From positions 62,001 to 126,000 of the IMG/VR virus record IMGVR_UViG_3300034072_000758: DNA of 64,000 bases; one strand, 5' to 3'. Both the position numbers and the translations under genes were made by a program. This document shows, one piece after another, positions 38,014 through 46,915 of this stretch. How positions within the stretch are numbered: position 1 is the first letter of the stretch; every line of letters begins with the position of its first letter. The notes beneath the pieces were generated by a model. It was given only the letters and a program-made list of their open reading frames with translations. It made no database searches and was not told the origin of the DNA.

Positions 38014-38700
38014 ATGAAATTCCGTGAAATCATATCAGAAGTAGACCGTGGCGGCGAAGTCGATGATGGGATGCTGTATGACTATAAAGAAAAAGAAGCA
38101 CCTAATAAGCAATTAGATTTGTTTCCAGACATTCCGTCTCTGGAACCAGATAACATGCCTAAAAATTTTCAAATAATTGGGCGCATAGGCGAATATACAA
38201 TAGTTGAAGATCATAATGAACATAAAGCCAACCCTCATTGGGAAAGACAGCATTACAATACAGTAAAAATAACTAAACAACATGCGTATGTATTATATTT
38301 TAAAACAGAGGTTGTTGGATATGTAGTCGGATATGACTGCTTTTTCCATGACAGTGCTATAGCACATAGATATGCTCATAATGGTTTTCAAATCAGCACT
38401 GTAAATATTCATGAAGATCATCGCGGAAAGAAACTAACTCTTCAACTATACCTTTGGCTCTTGAATAAAAAATATGATTATATATTACCGGATGAAACCC
38501 ATACTCACGATGGTGTGAAGCTCTGGGCTAAACTCAATAGCTCTCCGGTATTTGATTGTGTTATTTGGAATACAGAAAAATATGACTACAGTAAGAAAAA
38601 AGGTAAATTTTTCAATCAAGTATACGAAAAATATGGCTTAATTCCAGTTCTCACATTGAACGGAAAATCCCACAAATTGTTCTCGGAAGATGGGGAATAA
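38014..38700 (+). CDS. GNAT-fold acetyltransferase-like late protein
   Basis: FQISTVNIHEDHRGKKLTLQLY (acetyl-CoA motif A-like) and PDETHTHDGVKLWAKL. ATAAATA at 38002-38008. N-terminus MKFREIISE. Confidence 0.6.
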   Translation: MKFREIISEVDRGGEVDDGMLYDYKEKEAPNKQLDLFPDIPSLEPDNMPKNFQIIGRIGEYTIVEDHNEHKANPHWERQHYNTVKITKQHAYVLYFKTEVVGYVVGYDCFFHDSAIAHRYAHNGFQISTVNIHEDHRGKKLTLQLYLWLLNKKYDYILPDETHTHDGVKLWAKLNSSPVFDCVIWNTEKYDYSKKKGKFFNQVYEKYGLIPVLTLNGKSHKLFSEDGE

Positions 38701-38708
38701 ATAATAGC

Positions 38709-39956
38709 ATGGGATACGTTGTATATTTAACTGATGGAAATCCGCTTAGTAATGATCTGGTTCTGGATGTTTCGGAAGCTGGGGATGGTAGTGTAGTAGA
38801 TAATTCTAAGGCACCATTTGCTTTGCTGCGCAGAGGTGCGCGCAATTATGCTGACGATATGTCAACGGCATTGGTTCGTATCACTGAAAATTTTAGAAAT
38901 TCAACGCCCCCGGCACATCCTCTCGAAGGACAGCTTTGGTTTAATACAGGAAGCGGGGGTGAATTAAGACTTTACCAGCCCGGTTACCAACCCGATCCTT
39001 GGCGTCAGGTCGCATTTGCTGATCAACTAGGCCAAGGTCTTCCACCAGCCGCAACGGTGACCCTGACTGGCCACGTCACCGGATCGGGTAATTTTAACAA
39101 TGGTAGCTTGACGCTTAATACCACACTTCAAACAGTTTTGGCGGGTGCTAATCCCAACCAAACATTTACCAACCCAACTATTTCGGTTGATGAGTATGGG
39201 CGTGTCCGTTCTATTGTAGCCGGTGGGGGAACGAGCGCACAAACTATCATTAATGCTTTGGGCTATACACCATTGAGAAATGATTCGGACAACATGTCTG
39301 GATCGCTGGGTGTAGCTGGGAACCTGAATGTTGGTGGAAAGGTCATGGAGGGTGGTTACGCCCTATTGCCAGCCGGTGCGATCATTATGTGGTCTGGCGC
39401 TACAAATAATATCCCCGGTGGTTGGGCGCTTTGTAATGGTCAACCCGGAACACCAAACCTAACAGATAAATTCATCATGGGGGCTGGAAGTGTACCGACA
39501 CATACTGTGGGCGGAAATAGCTTCCTATCAACTACGGGCTTCGGTGGAACTATAACCGTTTCTGCTGCTGGTGCTCACAGCCACAACATTTCGATGGGTT
39601 CGGCTGGTGGACATAGCCACGGTGGTAGCACGGGTTATCATTCGCTCTCGATAAACGAAATTCCTCCACACCAACATGCCACCGCGTTTGGTGAAAGTCC
39701 GGGTCGCGGTTATGCTGGTCGATATGGTAACACTGGAACAACTAATAATGCGGGATCGAATGGGGGTATTGACTACGACAACTACGATTTTCTCACCAGT
39801 TCCGTTGGTCTTGGATATGGTCACGCACATTCAATCAACTTAGACGGTGATCACACACACTCATTATCATTGAGTGACGCGGGTTCGCATTCTCACGATT
39901 TCTCTTTTGACAATCGCCCAGCCTTTTACGCTCTCGCCTTTATCATAAAGCTATAA
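38709..39956 (+). CDS. Short tail fibre/baseplate protein with tail collar domain
   Basis: ENFRNSTPPAHPLEGQLWF N-terminus; LPAGAIIMWSG...PGGWALCNG...TPNLTDKFIMGAG collar; H-x-H repeats; RPAFYALAFIIKL end. Confidence 0.8.
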   Translation: MGYVVYLTDGNPLSNDLVLDVSEAGDGSVVDNSKAPFALLRRGARNYADDMSTALVRITENFRNSTPPAHPLEGQLWFNTGSGGELRLYQPGYQPDPWRQVAFADQLGQGLPPAATVTLTGHVTGSGNFNNGSLTLNTTLQTVLAGANPNQTFTNPTISVDEYGRVRSIVAGGGTSAQTIINALGYTPLRNDSDNMSGSLGVAGNLNVGGKVMEGGYALLPAGAIIMWSGATNNIPGGWALCNGQPGTPNLTDKFIMGAGSVPTHTVGGNSFLSTTGFGGTITVSAAGAHSHNISMGSAGGHSHGGSTGYHSLSINEIPPHQHATAFGESPGRGYAGRYGNTGTTNNAGSNGGIDYDNYDFLTSSVGLGYGHAHSINLDGDHTHSLSLSDAGSHSHDFSFDNRPAFYALAFIIKL

Positions 39957-40017
39957 GTTTCAAATTGACAACGCATACATAAACAAGGTAAAACAATAAA
40001 ATAAGAAGAGAATCGGT

Positions 40018-40404
40018 ATGCGTGAAGCTGTTTGTGCGTTAATTTACTGTAATACAACTGGTCGTTTACTTTCAGTAAAAAGAAAAGATAGCGGTAAATT
40101 CTCCTTCCCCGGTGGAAAAATCGATCCCGGTGAGGGTTATAAAGAAGCACTATCCCGCGAAGTTTTAGAAGAAACTGGTCGGGTTATTGTGGTAGAGAAC
40201 AATATTGGTCAATATACTGGTATTGATGATAGTGGTTATTCTGTAACCGCATTCCTATTCATTGTTAATGCCGAAAACGAACCCACTCACCCGTTTGAAG
40301 AAAACTTGTATCCGGCATGGATTTCGATGGAAGAATTTAAAAAAGGCATGGCTTTCATCGACTACAATTCCGAAGTATTTAAACTTCTGGAAGGTAGCTT
40401 GTGA
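40018..40404 (+). CDS. NUDIX hydrolase
   Basis: Nudix box FPGGKIDPGEGYKEALSREVLEETG. Confidence 0.9.
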   Translation: MREAVCALIYCNTTGRLLSVKRKDSGKFSFPGGKIDPGEGYKEALSREVLEETGRVIVVENNIGQYTGIDDSGYSVTAFLFIVNAENEPTHPFEENLYPAWISMEEFKKGMAFIDYNSEVFKLLEGSL

Positions 40405-40610
40405 TGAATGATTTTTTGCGATCTTTTTTATTTTTAGGCTTCATCGGCCCGTTGTTGATTTATGGGCTAATCAAAGATTTAACCAAATGGCAATTTTTAA
40501 TTGATAACCAATTGAATGTTCTTCGTTGGTGGTTCTTTGTGTGGATCACCGCACTTATTAGTGCTATTGTATACAAATGGATTAAATCGCTGGGTGGTAA
40601 GAAAGACTAA
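40401..40610 (+). CDS. Small two-TM membrane protein
   Basis: Two hydrophobic segments, GTGA overlap with the NUDIX gene, basic C-terminus. Confidence 0.55.
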   Translation: MMNDFLRSFLFLGFIGPLLIYGLIKDLTKWQFLIDNQLNVLRWWFFVWITALISAIVYKWIKSLGGKKD

Positions 40611-40635
40611 TCCAATAAAGTGTGTTTTAATACAG

Positions 40636-40643
40636 TATAAATA
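40636..40643 (+). promoter_or_regulatory. T4 late promoter consensus TATAAATA
   Basis: Exact match 5 nt before the gp25-like ATG. Confidence 0.75.
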
Positions 40644-40648
40644 TATGT

Positions 40649-41014
40649 ATGAGCGCCACCTTTATTGGTATGAACAGTTCAAACTACTTGTCTAAGAACT
40701 GGACAGCCTACGACATTGAATTAATCAAGATTGATTTACTCAACCACTTCAATACAAGAGTGGGTGAAAGAGTAATGCGCCCTGATTATGGAAACAAAAT
40801 CTGGGATTATTTGATGGAACCAAATATTGAAGGTAATCGTAAGCTCATATATAATGAAGCGTTGAGAATTTGCGAATCTGATAGTCGAGTAGAAGTACAA
40901 GATATACAACTATTCTATCAAGGTAATGGCATTCGTATTACTTGCCAGTTGCTATACAAACCATTCAATGTAGTAGATAGCTTTTATATCGATTTCACAA
41001 ATAGACAGATTTAA
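40649..41014 (+). CDS. Baseplate wedge subunit, gp25-like
   Basis: IKIDLLNHFNTRVGERVMRPDYG..IWDYLMEP...SDSRVEV. Confidence 0.85.
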   Translation: MSATFIGMNSSNYLSKNWTAYDIELIKIDLLNHFNTRVGERVMRPDYGNKIWDYLMEPNIEGNRKLIYNEALRICESDSRVEVQDIQLFYQGNGIRITCQLLYKPFNVVDSFYIDFTNRQI

Positions 41015-41022
41015 GGATAGAC

Positions 41023-44000
41023 ATGAGCCAAAGTATTAGACAATCTGAATTATTCGCAGGATCGGACTGGAAAGTTCTCTATCAAGCCTTCACGCAAGTC
41101 AATTTCAATGCGTCCGACCCCCCATCGATAGCCGCTGCGATGCGCGAATATCTGCGCACCTACTATCCTGAAAATTTCAACGACTGGATTGAATCGTCTG
41201 AGTTTATCGCCGTGCTCGAACTACTGGCTTGGCTCGGCGGCACACTGGCTTTTAAAACCGACCTTAATGCTCGTGAAAGCTTCTTGGAGACGGCTGAGAC
41301 CCGTCAATCTATCCTGCGTCTCGCTCGCTTCCTGTCGTACAACCCAACCCGTAATAACTGTGCGCAGGGTATATTAAAGCTCGTTGAAATCATGACTGAC
41401 GATGATGTCTACGATGCTTACGGTAATAACCTGATCAATACAAACATTCGCTGGGATGATGCGGACGATGTAGACTGGTTCGACAAGTTCACCTTGATCC
41501 TTAATAGCGCTTTTATATCTGCCAACAATTTCGGTGTACCGTTGAAGTCTGGAACCGTGGGTGATGTCAAGACACAGCTATATCGTTTCAATAACCTCAT
41601 GAGTGAACAGTCGCTTAACTTCACTACGTCCGTGGGTGGCTCATCCATGTTGTTCGATGTTGTGAACGTGGACTTCGATGACAATGGTGGGTTCTATGAA
41701 CGTGAACCATTACCGACTAATGCGCTCCACACAATCTATCGTAATGATGGAGCCGGAAATTCGTCAGCCGATACCGGCTTTTTCTTCATGTTCAAGCAGG
41801 GAACGCTTCAAAGCACTGTGGTGAACATTGCCACACCGCAGGAAAACCAAGTCATTGATATAGCCGCTCAGAACGTCAACGAAACAGATGTTTGGGTTCA
41901 GACGGTCACTGATGGCGGGGCCTTGTCATTCTCGTGGAGTAAAGTCCCAGCAATATTCAATCAAAACATCACTTACAACGATTATAGCCAAGACATCCGA
42001 AACATTTATTCGGTTATCACGAGAGACAATGATGCTATCAGTGTTCGTTTCTCGGATGGGCGTTTTGGTTCGGTTCCGGTTGGAAACATCCGCATATATT
42101 ATCGCGTATCAAATGGCCTTCAATACCAGATCAAGCCTACTGAAATTTCCCGCAAGAAGATTTCTGTCCCTTACTACAATCGACGCGGTGTACGAAAGAC
42201 CCTGACACTCACTCTGTCTCTTCAAAATTCGGTATCGAACTCCACTCCGAGAGAAACAGACGAACAAATTCAAGCCCGCGCCCCATCGGTTTACGCTACT
42301 CAAAATCGAATGGTTTCTGGTGAAGATTATAACGTCTTCCCGCTTCAAAGTAATTTGGCCGTCAAGCTCAAGGCCGTCAATCGCGTGTATTCGGGGCACT
42401 CCCGCTTTATTGACTTGAATGATCCTACCGGAACATATCAAGATGTAAACGTGTTCTCAGAAGACGGCTCGATATTTAAAGAAAAGTACAATCTACAAAC
42501 TGAAATTCCATTGTATTCTAATATTTCAGATGCCGAAATAGTTTCTAATTATATTCAACCATTGATCAATAAAGAAGAAGTATTGAGCTATCAACGTAGC
42601 CAACTTCTGAATCGTATGATTAACGTTTCGGGTGTTGCTTGGAAAAGATCAACAAATTCCAACTATTCTTCGACTGGATACTTTACGGCTTCAAATCAAT
42701 ATATTGCCGTAGGTGCTACTCTCCTATTCAATAATGGAGCGTGGGCGACAATTGTTTCGATTGATGGCGATCCGTATGCTGAAACGGTATCTGGTGAAAA
42801 AGGCACGGTAACTCTGTCGTATAACATCCCAGACAACGCAACCGTATCTAAAATCATTCCACCATTCCTACCATCGATCAGTACAGAATCGAGTGACGAA
42901 CTGGTTGCGGCTTTTGCGGCCAAGAACTCGTTCTCGCTCCATTATGATTACGCTGCTTTCAAGTGGACAACGACCGCTACCCAAACCACATTCAAGGTTT
43001 TGGATATTGTTTATTATGCCGGTTCTATGTGGTCGATCTCAGCCAACGGTGAACGTATGGTTTTCGAGTCCGAAAAGAATGTTCAATGGTACAATGACGG
43101 AAAGAAAGCATTCGATAGCGAAACTGGAAATTCCAAACGCGACATCATTAAGGTTTTGAAAACCAATGAAGACCTGAAAGGTGGTCAAGGACGCGGTTTC
43201 AGCACCGATCAAGTCTTTGACATAAATCGTTTGTATCTCAACCGTGACGGCACTGCTAATCCCCGCCGCGTCACCATTACGATGGCGGATGACAATTTGA
43301 ACGGATACCCGGATAACCCAGATGCTTTCAATAATGTTGCCAATATCGGGAACATTCCTTCGAACTATCTGTTCTGGGGTTATGACTCGACTTATGGCAC
43401 AGCTCCGCTGGCAAATTCGGTAATTCTGTTCCAGAACCAAGCTGATCGTGAAACTCTATCTAACGCGGTAGCCGATGGTTCGGTCACATTCCAGATCAAT
43501 GGTACGACCGCACAATACAACAACACCTTCTGGGTGAAAGATGGCTCGACTTGGAAACTTCAACGAGGTTTATACTCCTATGGTATCGGGCGTGGGACGA
43601 ATACAGCGGCTTCGTGGGTATCGACTGGAAGTTCGACATTCACAACAATCGCACCACAACAGGCGTTGTCCTTCCAGTGGAAACACTATGCGCCAACCTC
43701 CCACCGCATCGATCCATCCAAAACAAACATCATCGACATGTTTGTTCTTACGGCTCAATACGATTTCTTGATCAGACAATGGATCGCGGAAGGCGCTGAT
43801 GTGAATACACTCCCGACTCCAATTTCTGAACTTGATCTTCGTCTGACGTTCTCGGAATACGAAGATTATAAAATGTTCTCGGACTCTATCGTATGGAGAC
43901 CAGTCAAATACAAATTCCTTTTTGGTAATGGTGCTAACGAAGAATTGAAGGGTAAGTTCAAAGTTGTAAAGACACAGAGCACAACTCTATCCGATGGTGA

Positions 44001-44280
44001 AATCGCTTCTCGGTTGATAAAGGCCGTCAACAATTATTTCGATGTAACGGTTTGGGATTTCGGCGAAACATTCTATTTCACGGAGTTGTCGGCCTACATA
44101 CACCAACAACTCGCCAACATTGTTTCCTCCGTGGTATTCGTTCCAACTTCGGAAAGCTCAAATTTTGGTGATGGATATGAAGTGCGTTCAAGATCGGATG
44201 AAATTTTCATTTCCACCGCTCAAGTAGCAGATGTGATTATTATCAACTCGAATACGCCATCGGCTTTGAGAATTAGATAA
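41023..44280 (+). CDS. Baseplate wedge subunit, T4 gp6-like
   Basis: ENFNDWIESSEFIAVLELLAWLG...RESFLETAETRQSILRLARFLSYNP; TQNRMVSGEDY; WDFGETFYFTELSAYIH. Confidence 0.85.
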   Translation: MSQSIRQSELFAGSDWKVLYQAFTQVNFNASDPPSIAAAMREYLRTYYPENFNDWIESSEFIAVLELLAWLGGTLAFKTDLNARESFLETAETRQSILRLARFLSYNPTRNNCAQGILKLVEIMTDDDVYDAYGNNLINTNIRWDDADDVDWFDKFTLILNSAFISANNFGVPLKSGTVGDVKTQLYRFNNLMSEQSLNFTTSVGGSSMLFDVVNVDFDDNGGFYEREPLPTNALHTIYRNDGAGNSSADTGFFFMFKQGTLQSTVVNIATPQENQVIDIAAQNVNETDVWVQTVTDGGALSFSWSKVPAIFNQNITYNDYSQDIRNIYSVITRDNDAISVRFSDGRFGSVPVGNIRIYYRVSNGLQYQIKPTEISRKKISVPYYNRRGVRKTLTLTLSLQNSVSNSTPRETDEQIQARAPSVYATQNRMVSGEDYNVFPLQSNLAVKLKAVNRVYSGHSRFIDLNDPTGTYQDVNVFSEDGSIFKEKYNLQTEIPLYSNISDAEIVSNYIQPLINKEEVLSYQRSQLLNRMINVSGVAWKRSTNSNYSSTGYFTASNQYIAVGATLLFNNGAWATIVSIDGDPYAETVSGEKGTVTLSYNIPDNATVSKIIPPFLPSISTESSDELVAAFAAKNSFSLHYDYAAFKWTTTATQTTFKVLDIVYYAGSMWSISANGERMVFESEKNVQWYNDGKKAFDSETGNSKRDIIKVLKTNEDLKGGQGRGFSTDQVFDINRLYLNRDGTANPRRVTITMADDNLNGYPDNPDAFNNVANIGNIPSNYLFWGYDSTYGTAPLANSVILFQNQADRETLSNAVADGSVTFQINGTTAQYNNTFWVKDGSTWKLQRGLYSYGIGRGTNTAASWVSTGSSTFTTIAPQQALSFQWKHYAPTSHRIDPSKTNIIDMFVLTAQYDFLIRQWIAEGADVNTLPTPISELDLRLTFSEYEDYKMFSDSIVWRPVKYKFLFGNGANEELKGKFKVVKTQSTTLSDGEIASRLIKAVNNYFDVTVWDFGETFYFTELSAYIHQQLANIVSSVVFVPTSESSNFGDGYEVRSRSDEIFISTAQVADVIIINSNTPSALRIR

Positions 44281-45629
44281 TGGCGACATATACGGTCTTT
44301 CACGGAACGGATGGTTTGTTCCGTGATTTTTCGAATAAGAGTTTGGGGTCCGCCAACGGCACGGCCCCAATCAACATGGTTGGGTTCAATTTTACGGACT
44401 CGATTGATGTTGCTCGCACGTTCGGAAAGCGTATCATTCAAGCTCAAGTGACGATAGATAGACCTTTGGTAATCAACGCTAAGAGCGCATCGTATAGTGA
44501 TTTCAAGCATGTATTGAACGCCAAATTAAGTCGTGTCAGTAAAACAAAGTACGATGGCGTGATAATAAAAAATTATCTTGATGCTGGTAAATATGGTGAT
44601 GATTATATTAAAAGTAATCATTACATTCCATTTGATCTTTCTCAAATAAAAGTAACCGATAGTCTTCTTGAAGGTCTTATTAAGACGCCAACGGTCGAAG
44701 TAGACGACATCATGAAATACACAATGAAAGTTCTTTTAGGATTCTTTTATTGCGCTTTTCTTTATGAAACTGATGTCGAACAAGAAAAAAGAAACCAATT
44801 CTTATCAACTATTTTGCGCTATGGTAGCAAGTATAGTATCTACGAGGATGAATTAAAGCACATCACTAAAGATATTTCGGCTGAGGATTATATTCATCGT
44901 CGGGTAAATCGTATGCTCCAATCCAGATCATACAAAATGAAGACCGATAAAGGTGATGTTACTTATTTTGCTAAGATTACTGCTGGTGGGTTACAACCAC
45001 ACTATAATGTTATGGATCAACAAATATTAATTGATGTTATGTGGGCGCTGGAACAGCAAACCGATCCAGACTATGTATGGCGTGATAAAGACGTTCGGTT
45101 TTGCTATTTCCGCTCGCAAGAGATAAATGAACTCATTGTCATATTGAAATCGACAATACGTCATGAAATGATGCATTGTGTTCAGCACTTGACATTCGGT
45201 AGTAAAGACAGTCGCCAAGTTTCTATGGGGAATGGCTATAGCGACAAAGAAGATAAATCTGGATACTATACAAGTAATGTTGAGTTTTATCCTCAAATCG
45301 AAACATCTTTAGCCAAGTTTGAGACATATGTTTCTGATGCTTTGCTTTATCAACTATCCTTAAACGATCCCAAGACCCTACGTGACATGATTGAGTTCTT
45401 CGTGTCTGATAAGGATGGAGAAATGGTGAAGTCATTCAATACGAGTATGGGTAAAATAAACATTACGCGAAATGCGTTCTTCAATCATCAGAAACGCGCT
45501 TTCCTTTCACAAAAGGATACGAAGAAGCGCAATCTGGCTCAGTTTACATATCAACGCGCCATTCGTGAATTTTACAAAGAGATCATGGCTAAAATTCAAA
45601 AGGTAAAATCACGAAACGCTTTACAATAA
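44280..45629 (+). CDS. ART-PolyVal-like domain fused to a zincin-like metallopeptidase domain
   Basis: N-terminal VFHGT...VGFNFTDSIDVARTF...YDGVIIKN...IPFDLSQIK; C-terminal IRHEMMHCVQH (HExxH) with downstream VEFYPQ. Coupled to the baseplate gene by a TAATG overlap. Confidence 0.7.
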   Translation: MATYTVFHGTDGLFRDFSNKSLGSANGTAPINMVGFNFTDSIDVARTFGKRIIQAQVTIDRPLVINAKSASYSDFKHVLNAKLSRVSKTKYDGVIIKNYLDAGKYGDDYIKSNHYIPFDLSQIKVTDSLLEGLIKTPTVEVDDIMKYTMKVLLGFFYCAFLYETDVEQEKRNQFLSTILRYGSKYSIYEDELKHITKDISAEDYIHRRVNRMLQSRSYKMKTDKGDVTYFAKITAGGLQPHYNVMDQQILIDVMWALEQQTDPDYVWRDKDVRFCYFRSQEINELIVILKSTIRHEMMHCVQHLTFGSKDSRQVSMGNGYSDKEDKSGYYTSNVEFYPQIETSLAKFETYVSDALLYQLSLNDPKTLRDMIEFFVSDKDGEMVKSFNTSMGKINITRNAFFNHQKRAFLSQKDTKKRNLAQFTYQRAIREFYKEIMAKIQKVKSRNALQ

Positions 45630-45655
45630 ACCGGTCATTTGTGTAAGCTTATGGA

Positions 45656-46042
45656 ATGAGCATTACACATACCTATTCACCCGATCAAAACCTCCATCGG
45701 TTTCATATAAATTGGCAAAGCGGTCTTAAGAATGAAGATCGTTATATTCAATTTTACGATGAACTCGATGAGATCGGCGTAAGTCATTATTACCCCAATC
45801 CTACAGCGGATATTCGCGTAGCAAAAGATAACGATGAAGTTTTATCTCTGATCATAAAGTATTCAGACATAATACAGCGTCAACCGAACTGTGGTATTTG
45901 TTTGCTTAATCATATTGATTTGGGAAATTTCAGAGGCGTTCGTGAATTTAATAAATTTATTCAAGATACTTTCGCGGCAACATTACAACAGGAAATAGAC
46001 AAAGAAGTTATCGCATCGCTTAACACCGTCGCGGGTAAATAA
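45656..46042 (+). CDS. Hypothetical protein
   Basis: 128-aa ORF; C-terminus LQQEIDKEVIASL. Confidence 0.55.
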   Translation: MSITHTYSPDQNLHRFHINWQSGLKNEDRYIQFYDELDEIGVSHYYPNPTADIRVAKDNDEVLSLIIKYSDIIQRQPNCGICLLNHIDLGNFRGVREFNKFIQDTFAATLQQEIDKEVIASLNTVAGK

Positions 46043-46104
46043 AAAGTTGACAGGGTGTAGACCTTTTGATAATGTTAAATCCTGTCTTTAACAGGGTATC
46101 ATCA

Positions 46105-46244
46105 ATGTCCTTCTTCAAAAATCTGTTTGGCGCTCACGGCAAGAAAATCATCCGCGAAGTGACCGATCAAGTCGTCGCCCCGCGCTGGCCAAGGTCACTG
46201 ATCAGCCCACCAAATCGGCGGCTGACCGTATCGCTTCTCTGTAA
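46105..46244 (+). pseudogene. Frameshifted/internally deleted remnant, possibly PspA/YjfJ-like
   Basis: Frame 1 reads MSFFKNLFGAHGKKIIREVTDQVV. A shifted frame from 46182 reads ALAKVTDQPTKSAADRIASL* with phage-like codons. Lies directly upstream of the DUF1190 and Gsp-synthase genes. Confidence 0.4.
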
Positions 46245-46260
46245 GGGACATACACGCCAA

Positions 46261-46860
46261 ATGGCAAGAAAATCCAATAGCATCAGGTTGGTCGCGGCGG
46301 TTTCATCGCTGTCCGTGATCATGGCGGGTTGTTCCGACCCATCCTCCACTCCCGCCGCCGCGCAGGAGACGCCCAAGAATGACGCGCTTTTGGCCTGTGT
46401 ATCTAATCCGAAGAACACTGTACAAGAGTGCGAGAAGTATTTCGGTGAGAATGCCAAGAAGTCGGCCTTCTCAGCGAAAAGCCAGTGTGAAGCGGAATAC
46501 GGCGTCGGTAACTGCGAAAGCCGCAAAGCTGACGATGGTAGCGATGTCTTCATGCCTCTGGTTGTCGGCTACATGCTCGGCAACATGATGTCTGGTGGTG
46601 GCAACTACAATCGTTATGCGCCGCCGCCATCCGGCTACTACAACGATGATGACTACTATAACCGTAAACGCGAGCGCGAACGCCGCGAATATGGCACCGT
46701 AGGCGGATCGTCTTCCGGCTATAAGTCGAATACCCGAAACTATAATTCGGATACTTCGAGCTACAAGTCATCTTCGTACTCAAAGCCGTCTTCAACCACC
46801 AGCTACAAGTCTGGCGGATTCGGAGCCTCGGCGGGTTCCAAGGGTTCCTGCTGCTCGTAA
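46261..46860 (+). CDS. DUF1190 (YgiB/YjfM-like) lipoprotein
   Basis: Lipobox MAGC; FSAKSQCEAEYGVGNCE, DVFMPLVVGYMLGNMM; low-complexity Ser/Gly tail ending GGFGASA. Confidence 0.8.
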   Translation: MARKSNSIRLVAAVSSLSVIMAGCSDPSSTPAAAQETPKNDALLACVSNPKNTVQECEKYFGENAKKSAFSAKSQCEAEYGVGNCESRKADDGSDVFMPLVVGYMLGNMMSGGGNYNRYAPPPSGYYNDDDYYNRKRERERREYGTVGGSSSGYKSNTRNYNSDTSSYKSSSYSKPSSTTSYKSGGFGASAGSKGSCCS

Positions 46861-46915
46861 TATACAGTCCCCAACCTTGAAATACAGGTTGGGGATTACC
46901 CATTAGGAGAAATAA

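Noticed and set aside
40649-41014. Lysozyme activity for the gp25-like protein
   Set aside because: This is a legacy annotation for gp25-family proteins; no lysozyme catalytic motif is visible.
46066-46260. N-terminal extension of the DUF1190 ORF given in the ORF track
   Set aside because: The signal peptide/lipobox starts at ATG 46261. The upstream part overlaps the promoter and looks like a frameshifted remnant.
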